NCBI GenBank assembly: GCA_963778655.1
Contig: CAVZVA010000011.1
Location: 565,365 to 629,364 of the forward strand
Direction of reading: 5' to 3'
Length of the DNA: 64,000 nt
Source of the DNA: an uncultured delta proteobacterium
GTDB taxonomy: Bacteria > Myxococcota_A > Polyangia > Polyangiales > JAFGIB01
Below, piece by piece: positions 36,577 through 46,021 of this stretch. Under the pieces are notes generated by a model. It did no database searches, had not been told where the DNA came from, and saw only the letters and a list, made by a program, of their open reading frames with translations. The stretch's first letter is position 1, and the number at the start of each line of letters is the position of its first letter. Position numbers and translations under genes: made by a program.

Positions 36577-38343
36577 TCACTTCAGGGTGAAGGCGTAAAC
36601 CGCGTTCGAGCCCGCCACGAAAATCCGACCGTTGGCCACGATCGGGGTCTGGAAGCGGTTGACCGCGGCCATCTGCTCGTCGGCGCCGCCGCCGTTGAAC
36701 ACCTCCGCGCCGGTGTCGGCGTTGTAGCCGTGCAGCTTGTTGTCGCCTTCGGCCGCAACCCACCACACGATCGCCTCGGAGCTGCCGTCGGTGGTGGTCA
36801 CGATCGGCGAGCCGGTGCCCGAGCCGCCCGCGCACCAGGCCACCGACAGCGCGGGGGGCGACGCCGCGGAGATCTTGAGCGCGGTGATCTGGCCCTGGCC
36901 GTTGGGGCAGCCTGATCCCGCGCCCTTGAACACCACGTAGCTGCCCTGCGCGGTGGAGTACGCGGCCGCCGCGTTGATGATCTGCTGCGTGGAGGCGTGC
37001 AGTGTGGTGATCTGCCCGCCGATCCCGCCGAGCTTCTGGCGGTCGAGCAGGTACGCGGTGCCGTCCTTGCCGAGACCGATCGTGAGCTCGGACGGGGTCG
37101 CGCCCTTGGCGGTGAACAGCACCGGCCCCGAGCCGCCGATGTCGACGTCGCCCGAGTCGAGGCTCTGCCAGTTGCTGGCCGCGAAGTAGTCGTCATTGGT
37201 CTGGCTGAACGCCAAGCTCGGCGACAGCCGGATCACCGCCTCGCCGTCGCTCCAGCTGCCGGCACCCATGGTGTTGCCGGTGGCGACGTACAGCGAGGTG
37301 CCGTCCGAAGCGATGCCGCCCGGCGCCCAGACGCCGCCCGCCTGCCCGCGTGTGGCCCACGCGATCGGCGCGTCGGGCTTATCCAGGGGCACGCCCACCA
37401 CCCAGCCGTGATAGTTGCCGCAGTCGCCCCAGTGCCCGCCATAGGGCACATAGAGCGTGCCGCCCTGCAACAGCAGCGCGCCGCGCTCGTTCTGCACGCT
37501 GGAGTCGAAGCTGGTGCTGCCGGCCTTGACCTTCGCGCTGACGTCGATGCCGCCGGCCGGCCAACCGCTGCGCGTGGAGCCGTCGGCGAGCGAGAGCGCG
37601 AAGATCATGTGCTTGGCCGCGCCGCTGCTGTCGGCCGTCATCGCGTCGAGGTAGAGCGTCCCGCTCGAGGGGTCGATCACGGGCGTGCCCGTGATGCCCA
37701 GCGGCCTGATGTTGCCGCACGGCAGCTGGTTCGCCGGGCTCGCCAGCGTCTTCTGCCACGCCACGCTGCCGTCGCTGGCGTTGAACGCGGAGACCTGGTT
37801 CTGCTCGGTGGCGACGATCACCAGATCCTTGCCGTCCGGGCCCGCGTAGTACAGCGGCTGGGCGTAGGTCGGACCGGAGATGGTCGCGTTGAACGTCTTG
37901 TCGCGGTGCAGCGTGGGCGCGGCCGCGAGCGTGAACGCCGAGTCGACGTAGACCCCATCGCGGGTGGCGTTGTTGTGGTACTGCAGCACAGAGGCGGAGC
38001 TGGTGGTGGGAGCGCCGGAGCTGCTGCCGCCGGTGCCGCTCGCAGGAGTGCCCCCGCTGCCGCCGGCCTGGTTGCCGCCCTGGCCGCTCGCGCTGCCGCC
38101 GCCGGTACCGGTCGCGGTCCCACCCCCGGTCCCCGGCAGCGTGGTGCCGCCCGTGCCGGTGTTGGTTCCCGTGCCGCCGGTGCCGGGGCTGGAGCCGCCG
38201 GTCGAGACCACGCTCGCGCCGCCGCCGGTACCCGGAGCGGCCGCGCCGCCACCTCCCTTGTGCGAGCCGGACGAGCAGCCGAGCACCAACACGCAGCCCA
38301 GTGCCACCATCGCGCCACTCGCGCACCGTCGTTGCCGCCGCAT
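36577..38343 (-). CDS. Lipoprotein with PQQ-type beta-propeller repeats
   Basis: LVLGC lipobox, Gly/Thr linker, GITGTPVID, NYHGWV, DVDIGGSGP, RFQTPIVANGRIFV. Confidence 0.8.
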   Translation of the reverse strand: MRRQRRCASGAMVALGCVLVLGCSSGSHKGGGGAAAPGTGGGASVVSTGGSSPGTGGTGTNTGTGGTTLPGTGGGTATGTGGGSASGQGGNQAGGSGGTPASGTGGSSSGAPTTSSASVLQYHNNATRDGVYVDSAFTLAAAPTLHRDKTFNATISGPTYAQPLYYAGPDGKDLVIVATEQNQVSAFNASDGSVAWQKTLASPANQLPCGNIRPLGITGTPVIDPSSGTLYLDAMTADSSGAAKHMIFALSLADGSTRSGWPAGGIDVSAKVKAGSTSFDSSVQNERGALLLQGGTLYVPYGGHWGDCGNYHGWVVGVPLDKPDAPIAWATRGQAGGVWAPGGIASDGTSLYVATGNTMGAGSWSDGEAVIRLSPSLAFSQTNDDYFAASNWQSLDSGDVDIGGSGPVLFTAKGATPSELTIGLGKDGTAYLLDRQKLGGIGGQITTLHASTQQIINAAAAYSTAQGSYVVFKGAGSGCPNGQGQITALKISAASPPALSVAWCAGGSGTGSPIVTTTDGSSEAIVWWVAAEGDNKLHGYNADTGAEVFNGGGADEQMAAVNRFQTPIVANGRIFVAGSNAVYAFTLK

Positions 38344-38553
38344 CGCGAAACCACCCTTTCCGGCCTTGGCGGCCGCTGCCCTTGCCACGCGACCCGGCCA
38401 GACGCCGACGCACGCACCCGCATCGTGCGTACCACAGCGCGAGCCAGGCCGCACTCCGCCAAACTGGGCTACTGCAATGCTTGGGGAAGCGCCCGCGACG
38501 CACGCCGCAGGCATGCGCCGAGGCATGCCTGCGGTCGTGCGGCCGCGATGGCG

Positions 38554-39015
38554 TCAGGCGCGCGCGCTGGCGGTGTCGCCCACCACGTGGGCGCGCGGGG
38601 CCGGCTCCCGCAGCAGGCGCGGCCGCGCAGCCCGTGCGCGCAACAGCGGGCGATAGGCGTCGCGGTACGCCCAAGCCAGAAACAGCTCCAGCGCGAGGAC
38701 CAACGCAGGCAACGCCAGGGCGGGCGAGAGAAAGGCGTGAAACGCCACGATGTTGACGATTACCGGCGCCAACAAGGTCAGCGCCAACGGCACGTAGCGC
38801 CCGCTGAGCAGCAGCGCGCCGGCCGTCACCTCGGTGGCTTTGAGCAGCGGGAACAAGTAGCCGGTCGCCACCAGCGCCGCGATGAACCGGCCGCCGGCGG
38901 GGGCGAGCGACGGCTGCGGCAGGAAGCCGAAGAAGCCGTTGAGCCCGAACACGAAAAAGATCAGTCCGAGCAGGACGCGCGCGGCACTGGGCAGGTGTTG
39001 TTTCAGCTGGGTCAT
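38554..39015 (-). CDS. DoxX-family membrane protein
   Basis: RVLLGLIFFVFGLNGF, LAPVIVNIVAFH. Confidence 0.85.
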   Translation of the reverse strand: MTQLKQHLPSAARVLLGLIFFVFGLNGFFGFLPQPSLAPAGGRFIAALVATGYLFPLLKATEVTAGALLLSGRYVPLALTLLAPVIVNIVAFHAFLSPALALPALVLALELFLAWAYRDAYRPLLRARAARPRLLREPAPRAHVVGDTASARA

Positions 39016-39112
39016 GGGTCGCCTCCCTTTGAGGGTGTCTATCGACGTCTGACCCACAGCTTGTGTCGTTGCCGCTCAGGCACTAGTCTCTCTCGATGGG
39101 ACAGACTGTTCC

Positions 39113-40024
39113 ATGAATGCAACAATCGAAGATCTCGATGCAGTGCGCATCTTTGTGCATGTCGCACAGCTCGGAAGCTTTTCGGCGGCCGCGCGCAAGC
39201 TCGCCATGCCCAAGTCCACGGTCAGCCGCCGCGTGGCCGGGCTCGAGCGACGGCTGCACGCGCGGCTGCTGCACCGCACCACGCGCAAGCTCGGGTTGAC
39301 CGAGGTGGGTGCGCAGTACTTTGCGCGCGCCGAGCGGGTGATGGCCGAGCTCGAGGAAGCCGAGCGCGCGGTCACCGAGCTGGAGGCGACTCCACGCGGC
39401 ACGCTGCGCGTGACCACGCCGGTGGACTTCGGGCTCAGCTACCTGACCCAACTGATGGCCGAGTTTCAGTGCCGCTACCGCGAGCTGAGCGTAGTGCTGT
39501 ATGCGACCAACGCGCGTGTCGACCTGGTCGCCGAAGGCTTCGACGTCGCGCTGCGCGCGGGCAACCTGCCCGACTCGTCGCTGGTCGCGCGCCGCGTGGT
39601 CGAGGTGGAGCGGGGGCTGTACGCCAGCCCGGAGTACCTGCGCAGGCGCGGCGACCCCGCGAACGTGCAGGAGCTGGGCGCGCACGACTGCATCGTGTTC
39701 GGCACCGAGCGCACCGGCGAGCTGTGGCGCCTGCGCGGCCCGGAGGGCGAAAGCGAGGTCGCGGTGTCGGGGCGCTTCGCCAGCAACGATTTCAACTTCG
39801 TGCGCGCGGCCGCCGTGGCCGGGCTAGGCATCGCCAGCCTGGCGAGCTTCGCCTGCGCCGAGGACCTGCGCGCCGGACGGCTGGTGCAGGTGCTGCCCGA
39901 GCACAGCGCCCCGGGCGGCGCGCTCTATGCGGTCTATCCGACGCCGCGCCACCTCACGCCCAAGGTCCGCGCGTTCGTCGACTTCGTGGCCGAGCGCCTC
40001 GCCGCCCGCCTGGCCCTGGCGTAA
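39113..40024 (+). CDS. LysR family regulator, divergent from doxX
   Basis: GSFSAAARKL..STVSRRV..LLHRTTR; DLVAEGFDVALR. Confidence 0.95.
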   Translation: MNATIEDLDAVRIFVHVAQLGSFSAAARKLAMPKSTVSRRVAGLERRLHARLLHRTTRKLGLTEVGAQYFARAERVMAELEEAERAVTELEATPRGTLRVTTPVDFGLSYLTQLMAEFQCRYRELSVVLYATNARVDLVAEGFDVALRAGNLPDSSLVARRVVEVERGLYASPEYLRRRGDPANVQELGAHDCIVFGTERTGELWRLRGPEGESEVAVSGRFASNDFNFVRAAAVAGLGIASLASFACAEDLRAGRLVQVLPEHSAPGGALYAVYPTPRHLTPKVRAFVDFVAERLAARLALA

Positions 40025-40059
40025 GCCACGGCCCGCGCGGAAGCCGTTTCGGGGAATCA

Positions 40060-40105
40060 ACAGGAAGCTGGGAAGGCGAGAAGAACTACCTTCCCGCCTT
40101 CCTGT
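40060..40105. repeat. Purine/pyrimidine-asymmetric hairpin (family C, copy 1) between convergent genes
   Basis: ACAGGAAG..GGGAAGG / CCTTCCC..CTTCCTGT; similar to 63517-63580. Confidence 0.55.
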
Positions 40106-40149
40106 GGAGCTTCTGAAGCTGTGCGCCGCGGACTTCGCCGGGAATGGGC

Positions 40150-41100
40150 TCATTGGAGCTTGATCGCGTCGACCAGCGCCGGGTGCAGCTCGGGCTTGAC
40201 CAGCTCGTGCAGCTTGGCAACCAGGTCGTCGAGCGCCTGCTGGCGCCGGTCGCGCCACAGCCGTACGCGGATGGCGTCCTTGACCTCGGCCAGCGTGCGC
40301 GACACCGCCGCACGCCGCCCGGTGAGCTTGACCACGCTGTAGCCGGCCTCGGTCTTGACCGGCTTGGGCGCGGTATCGCCAATCGTCTTGAGCGCAAACA
40401 CCGCCTTGGCGATCGCCGGTGCGACCTTGGCGTCGCTCTGGCCGCGCACGTGGCCCCGGGCGTCGATGTAGCCGAGGTCGCCGCCGCGCAGCTTGGTGGC
40501 CTGGTCGATGCTCTTGTCCTGCGCGAGCTGGCGGAAGGCGCGCAGGTCCATGCCCTTGGCTTTGGCCAGCAGCTCGCTCGCTTCCGCTTCGCTGGCAACC
40601 AGCACGTGGCTGGCGCGCAGCAACGCCGGCTGGACGTACTCGTCGATGTGATCCTTGTAATACTTCTCGATCTCGGCACTGGGAATCGACGCGGCGGTCA
40701 GCTTGTCGTCGATCTCCGACTTGATCAGCTGCTGCACGGCGTTCTGCTTGACTGCCTGCTCGACCACTGCGTTCTTGGCGTAGCCACGGCGCTCGGCCTC
40801 GGCGCTCAGCAGGTCGAAGCGCAGGGTGTTGTCCAGCAAGTCCTTCAGCCGCTGCGGGTCCTTGTAGCGCCGGCGGACGTACGGGTTCTGCTGGGCGGCA
40901 ACGTCCTCGAGCTCGCCGACCGTGATCTTGCCCCCGCTGAAGCTCGCGAGCACCTGCGCGCGCCGGGCGACCTCGGCCGGTGCGGGCGCAGCGGGCCCGG
41001 CGCTCGACTTGGCCTGCGGGTGCTGCGCGTGGCTGGCGCCCGCGGCCGCGCCGATCAGCACCGCCAGCCCCACAGTCATCGCGAGCGGGCGCGTCTTCAT
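40150..41100 (-). CDS. PpiC-type peptidyl-prolyl isomerase (exported)
   Basis: RASHVLV, FRQLAQDKSID..GGDLG, PVKTEAGYSVVKL. Confidence 0.9.
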   Translation of the reverse strand: MKTRPLAMTVGLAVLIGAAAGASHAQHPQAKSSAGPAAPAPAEVARRAQVLASFSGGKITVGELEDVAAQQNPYVRRRYKDPQRLKDLLDNTLRFDLLSAEAERRGYAKNAVVEQAVKQNAVQQLIKSEIDDKLTAASIPSAEIEKYYKDHIDEYVQPALLRASHVLVASEAEASELLAKAKGMDLRAFRQLAQDKSIDQATKLRGGDLGYIDARGHVRGQSDAKVAPAIAKAVFALKTIGDTAPKPVKTEAGYSVVKLTGRRAAVSRTLAEVKDAIRVRLWRDRRQQALDDLVAKLHELVKPELHPALVDAIKLQ

Positions 41101-41158
41101 GCCGCATCCCTTTCACGAGCGCGCAGGCCGGTCAAGCCCTGGTTGCGCGCGCAGCGGC

Positions 41159-42037
41159 TCACAGCTTGGGCACGTATGCAGCCGACAGCCCGAACCAGAA
41201 CTGCGCGATGCCGTAAGCCGCATCGAGCCGCACCCACAGATCCGGAATCGGCGAGTAGCGCAGGCCCAGGCGCGGGAGCATGGGGAACGCCATGACCGGC
41301 GGCAGGCCCTTCTGGGTGACGTTGTACTGCTCGCCCTTCACATCGTAAGGGTCGGTGTAGGGCGTGGTCCCGAGCGGCACGTGCTGTGGAGCCTGGCAAG
41401 TGAGCGGGCTGGGGATGCCGGGCGCCGTGCACTTGGCCCAGGCGCCGTTGGCTTGCTGGTAGGCCTCGGTGCGCTTGAGGCTGCCGGTGACCACGCCCAG
41501 ATCGAGCCCCACCCCGTACTGGAAGCCGAGCGTGTCCTTGACGATCGGCGCTTCCCACAGGATCGAGCCGGTCAGGTGCACCAGGCCCAGGCCGCTGTCG
41601 ATCCACTCGGTGTCGTTGGGATCGCCGTTCTTGGCGCGGAATGGACCGTGAAAAGCATAAGCGGCATAGCCGATGCCCATCTCGAAGTTCGGGCTGCCGT
41701 CCGCGGTGCGGTAGGTCGCGGTGACTCCGAACGCGGGATCGGTCGGCGTCGGCGCCAGGTCCACGAAGAGCTTGAGCATGAACGAAGGCACCACCACCAA
41801 GCGGAAGTACGGCCCGAACGACCAGTTCCGCGAGCCCTCGCTGGCCGGCTTCGCCGCGTCCGCGCCGGCGGGCTCGCCGGAGCTCTCGCTGGCGCCGCCG
41901 GCTTGATCTGCTCCCGAATCGCTCTGATCAACTGCAGCGGCCTGTTCGTCTGCCGCCGGCTGCTCGTCTTGCGCCCGAGCATGGCCCGCAAGGCTGAGCG
42001 CCAACGCCAGCATCACCCCTACGACCACTGCTCTCAT
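41159..42037 (-). CDS. Exported hypothetical, probable outer-membrane beta-barrel
   Basis: Signal peptide; amphipathic strands; aromatic C-terminus. Confidence 0.7.
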   Translation of the reverse strand: MRAVVVGVMLALALSLAGHARAQDEQPAADEQAAAVDQSDSGADQAGGASESSGEPAGADAAKPASEGSRNWSFGPYFRLVVVPSFMLKLFVDLAPTPTDPAFGVTATYRTADGSPNFEMGIGYAAYAFHGPFRAKNGDPNDTEWIDSGLGLVHLTGSILWEAPIVKDTLGFQYGVGLDLGVVTGSLKRTEAYQQANGAWAKCTAPGIPSPLTCQAPQHVPLGTTPYTDPYDVKGEQYNVTQKGLPPVMAFPMLPRLGLRYSPIPDLWVRLDAAYGIAQFWFGLSAAYVPKL

Positions 42038-42206
42038 CGCCCCTCGCTTTCTCGCTCTGCCTGCGTGAGGGGTCTGGTTAGCCCGATTCTGGCGGCGCTG
42101 TAAAGACGCCTGGCCGGCTTCCGTGCGCAGGGCATCGCGTTGCGCACCCCGATCTCGGACGCTCCCGCTGCCGAAGGGGCGCGCCCGAGCAGGCGCCCGA
42201 GCGCGC

Positions 42207-43253
42207 TCAGCCGACCACGTCGCGCAGGGTGACCAGCGCGATCACGCCCAGCAGAAACAGCAGCCCCACCGCGTGCACCGCGGCCTCGATCCGCTCGTTG
42301 GGACGCTTGCGCGTGACCAGCTCGTAGCCGAGGAACACCAGCCGGCCCCCGTCGAGCGCGGGAAAAGGCAGCAAGTTGAACAGCCCGAGCGCGACCGAGA
42401 TCGCGACCAGGATGTGGACGAAGTTGAACACGCCCTTCTGCGCCTGCTCGGCCACCAGCTTGCCCATGCCGACCGGTCCGGTGATGCCCTCGGTCGAGCG
42501 GCGCTGGATCAGCTCGGCGATCCCGTAGAGATTGCGCAGCGTGAGCTCGAACGGATAGGCCACCGCCAGCAGCGAGGCCTGCCCGAAGCTGAGCGTGCGG
42601 GTCACCGCCTCGACCTTCGGGGTCACACCGATGATGCCCTTGCTGCCCACCGCGCGGGGCGTGATGGTGAGCGGGCCCAGGCGCTTGCCGGCGCGCTCGA
42701 TCTCGTAGACCGTCGGCTTGCCGGCGCGCGGCGCGGTCACCTTGATCAGCTCCTCGACGTTGCGAATCGACCGGCCATCGGCGCGCACAATCACGTCGCC
42801 CACCTGCAGCCCCGCCTGCGCCGCGGGCGAGCCTGGCTCGATGGTGTCGACGATCATCGGCTCGGTCGGCTTCTGCTCGGGCCAGCCGTGCAGCAGCCCC
42901 AGGCCCAGCACCAGCAGCGAGGCGGCGATGTAGTTCGCGAACGGGCCGCCGAAGATGGTGACGATGCGCGCGAACACGCTCTTGTTCGGGTAGATGCTGG
43001 GATCGTTGGGATCGACGTCCTCGGCCGGATTCATGCCCGCGATCATCACGTAGGCCATGAAGGGGATGGCACAGAGTTGAAACGTGGTCGGGCTGTTGCG
43101 CGGGCGATAGCTGACGATAGCGGGGCCGAAGCCGATGCTGAAACGCGTCACCTGCATCCCGAAGGCGCGCGCCGCCAGGTAGTGGCCCCCCTCGTGCACG
43201 ATCACGAGCAGCGACAGGCCGAACACTGCGAGCAAAATCATCGAGGCGGACAT
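42207..43253 (-). CDS. rseP: RseP/M50 intramembrane metalloprotease with PDZ
   Basis: HEGGH, FSIGFGP, GPFANY, NLLPFPALDGG. Confidence 0.92.
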   Translation of the reverse strand: MSASMILLAVFGLSLLVIVHEGGHYLAARAFGMQVTRFSIGFGPAIVSYRPRNSPTTFQLCAIPFMAYVMIAGMNPAEDVDPNDPSIYPNKSVFARIVTIFGGPFANYIAASLLVLGLGLLHGWPEQKPTEPMIVDTIEPGSPAAQAGLQVGDVIVRADGRSIRNVEELIKVTAPRAGKPTVYEIERAGKRLGPLTITPRAVGSKGIIGVTPKVEAVTRTLSFGQASLLAVAYPFELTLRNLYGIAELIQRRSTEGITGPVGMGKLVAEQAQKGVFNFVHILVAISVALGLFNLLPFPALDGGRLVFLGYELVTRKRPNERIEAAVHAVGLLFLLGVIALVTLRDVVG

Positions 43254-43563
43254 CTTGGTTACAACGATACCCGTAAAGCCTCGCGCAGGCCACGACGGAG
43301 CTGTTGCATTCCCCTGGGGCTGGAAAAACCGGGCCACCCCGGACGCGGCGCCGCGCCGGGCTCGCGCCGGCAGCCGCATCGGCTAGCACCACTGTTGCCA
43401 AGCTCTCGTGGTTGGATTTCTGTCCGCCGTAGGTTCGATCAGCCGGCGCGCGGCCGCAGGGATGCTCCCTGTATTTCAAGGTCGCGCAACGCCCTGAGCC
43501 GGCCCGCGCCGTGCGGAAAGGCGGCCGCGAAGAGATTGGGAACAGGAGTGCTAGGCTGGACCA

Positions 43564-45225
43564 GTGCGCTGCCGGCCCGAGCTGTGGCTTGCCTGCGCCT
43601 GGGCGTTGACTCCGGCCTCAGCCTCGGCGGACGGCCCGGTGCTGCACGAGTTCGTGCCCGACGTCAATCCCGACGAGGCGGTGGCCGAGCTGGCGCGCAG
43701 CGACGCCGAGCCCTCGGCGCTGGTGTACGACGGGCAGGTGCTGGAGGCGCCCGAGCCGGACGCGGAGGAGGAAGCCGCCCCGGCGATGGTGGCCACGCCC
43801 GGCGACGGCGCGCAGCAGGAGCAACCGGGCCAGCGCTCGCCCACGTTTCGGCCGGACCGGCAGACCGAGCTCGAGGGCTCGCTGCAGTACTACGCGGCCT
43901 TCAACCCCTCGATCGCGCCCTTCAAGCGCGTCACCAGCCTCGACGCGACCGTGCTCGATCGCGACGGCGTGACCCCGCTGCTGGCAATCCACGATCCGCG
44001 CCGCAAGCCGGTTAGGGTCGAGAAGGCGAGCGCCAAGCCACCCGATCCGCGGCCGCGCGACCGCTTCTGGGGTGAGGTGCGGCTCGACTTTTCCGCCGGG
44101 CGCGTGGTGCCGCTGCCCTCGGTTTCGCCCGAGTCGCGCATCCTCAGCCTGCACACCGAGCCGGAGGTCGCGCTCTCGATCGAGCGCGACGGCGCCGACA
44201 ACTTCTTTGCGGTGATCCACGGCGAGCCGCCGCAAAGGCCGGTGTTCGTCTCGTTTCTGACCGATGCGCCGCGCGCGTACTTCGGTACCACGCCGCCTCA
44301 CGGCAAGGTCTCCGCGCTCGCCAGCCACGTGCCCCCGCTCGACCCGAGCATCCGCACGCGCGCGCTCGGCTTCGCGCGCGAGCTCGGACTCGACCCGAGC
44401 TCGGACTCCGCGGTCGCGTTGGCCACGCTGACCGCGTACTTCCGCGCGTTCGAGGAGTCCGCGCAACCGCCCGCGAACCAGGGCGACATCTACCTCGACC
44501 TGGCGAAAGGCAAGAAGGGCATCTGCCGCCACCGCGCGTATGCGTTCGTGGTGACCGCGCACGCGCTCGGCTTGCCCGCGCGTTTCGTGCAGAACGAGGC
44601 GCACTCCTGGGTCGAGGTCGAGCTGCCGCGCGTGGGCTGGATGCGGATCGATCTGGGCGGCGCCGCCCACGGCCTGACCGCGCACGGCGCCAGCGAGCGG
44701 CCGCTGTATCAGCCCGCCGAGCCAGACCCGCTGCCGCGACCCGCGGCCTACGAGCGCAGCTACTCGCTGGCTGGGCGCGACGTGCAGGGCGTGCGGCGGC
44801 CGGGCGACGCGCAGCTGCAGGGGCGCTGGGTCAGCCCGGACGTGCAGGGTGCGGCGGCGCAGGCGCACGAACGCGCGTCGTTCATGGGCGAGCGCAGCAG
44901 CGCAGCGCCGCGCGACAGCTCGGGCCGCGCGCCGCTGCTGCTGTTGCTCGACCAGCGCCAGCAGAGCGTGCAGCGGGGCAATCAGCTGCGCCTGAGCGGC
45001 CACGTGCAAGACATCGGCGGCGCCGGCGTGACGGGCCTGCGTGTCGAGATCTCGCTCGCGGCCGAGGGTCGCCGCGAGCGCATGCTGCTCGGCGTGACGG
45101 TGAGCGCCGCCGGCGGCGCCTGGAGCGGCGCGTTCGGCATTCCGCCCGACCTGGCGCCCGGCGACTACCGCCTGATCGTGGTCACCCCAGGCAACGAGAC
45201 CTATCTGCCGGCAATGGCGGAGTGA
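43564..45225 (+). CDS. Transglutaminase-like domain protein
   Basis: GICRHRA..AHSWVEV..GWMRIDLGG (Cys-His-Asp triad). Confidence 0.85.
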   Translation: MRCRPELWLACAWALTPASASADGPVLHEFVPDVNPDEAVAELARSDAEPSALVYDGQVLEAPEPDAEEEAAPAMVATPGDGAQQEQPGQRSPTFRPDRQTELEGSLQYYAAFNPSIAPFKRVTSLDATVLDRDGVTPLLAIHDPRRKPVRVEKASAKPPDPRPRDRFWGEVRLDFSAGRVVPLPSVSPESRILSLHTEPEVALSIERDGADNFFAVIHGEPPQRPVFVSFLTDAPRAYFGTTPPHGKVSALASHVPPLDPSIRTRALGFARELGLDPSSDSAVALATLTAYFRAFEESAQPPANQGDIYLDLAKGKKGICRHRAYAFVVTAHALGLPARFVQNEAHSWVEVELPRVGWMRIDLGGAAHGLTAHGASERPLYQPAEPDPLPRPAAYERSYSLAGRDVQGVRRPGDAQLQGRWVSPDVQGAAAQAHERASFMGERSSAAPRDSSGRAPLLLLLDQRQQSVQRGNQLRLSGHVQDIGGAGVTGLRVEISLAAEGRRERMLLGVTVSAAGGAWSGAFGIPPDLAPGDYRLIVVTPGNETYLPAMAE

Positions 45226-45234
45226 GGCGCGCGC

Positions 45235-45879
45235 TCAGCGCGGCGGCGGGGCGTCGGGCTGTCGGTCCGCGTGCGCGCGCTGGAACGCGTCGAGCTGCGC
45301 GCAGGCCTGCTCAATCGCGAGCAGCGTGGGCAGCCCGCTCAGCTCGACGCCGAAGCGACGCGCGAACGCCAGCTCGGGCACCAGGCACAGGTCTGCGAAC
45401 GACGGCGCGTCGCCGACCGCGAAGCGACCCGCGGTCTCCGGCACCAGCGCCTCGAGCGCGGCCAGGCCGGCGCCGACCCAGTGCTTGATCCAGGCGGCAT
45501 CGTCGGCGTGCAGCGCGTCACGCACGAACGCCTGTACCTTGGTGTTCTGCAGCGGCTGGATGCCCGAGACCACCATCAGCGCGAGCTGGCGCGTGCGTGC
45601 GCGCAGGAACGGGTCGCGCGGCAGCAGCGCCGGCCGCGGGTAGCGCTCCTCCAGCCATTCCAGGATCGCCATCGACTCGGCCAGATGCCGCGTGTGCCCG
45701 CCCTCCTCGACCGCAAGCACCGGCACGTGGCGCATCGGGTTACGCGCGACGAAGTCCGGCTCGTGCTGCTGCTTGGCGAGCAGGTCCACCGGCGAGAGCA
45801 CATAGTCGACGCCCTTGTACGCGAGCGCGATCCTGACCCGCCACGTCGCCGAGCTTCGCCAGTATCCGTACAGCCGCAT
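45235..45879 (-). CDS. maiA: Maleylacetoacetate isomerase (GST zeta)
   Basis: LYGYWRSSATWRVRIAL, IQPLQN, ADLCLVP. Confidence 0.92.
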   Translation of the reverse strand: MRLYGYWRSSATWRVRIALAYKGVDYVLSPVDLLAKQQHEPDFVARNPMRHVPVLAVEEGGHTRHLAESMAILEWLEERYPRPALLPRDPFLRARTRQLALMVVSGIQPLQNTKVQAFVRDALHADDAAWIKHWVGAGLAALEALVPETAGRFAVGDAPSFADLCLVPELAFARRFGVELSGLPTLLAIEQACAQLDAFQRAHADRQPDAPPPR

Positions 45880-46021
45880 CCGGGAACGCTAGCCGATCCC
45901 CCTCCCCCGAGCACGCGCAGGCCGGAGATGTGCGCGGTTGGGCGCGCTCCGGCTCTCGCATCTGGACCGCCGTAGCGGACGCGCTACAAGTAGCTCAGCC
46001 GGGCGCGCGTCCCGGAACGCC

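Noticed and set aside
36997..40116. 1039-aa ORF and other long Arg/Ala-rich ORFs
   Set aside because: Shadow frames of real genes caused by high GC; no motifs
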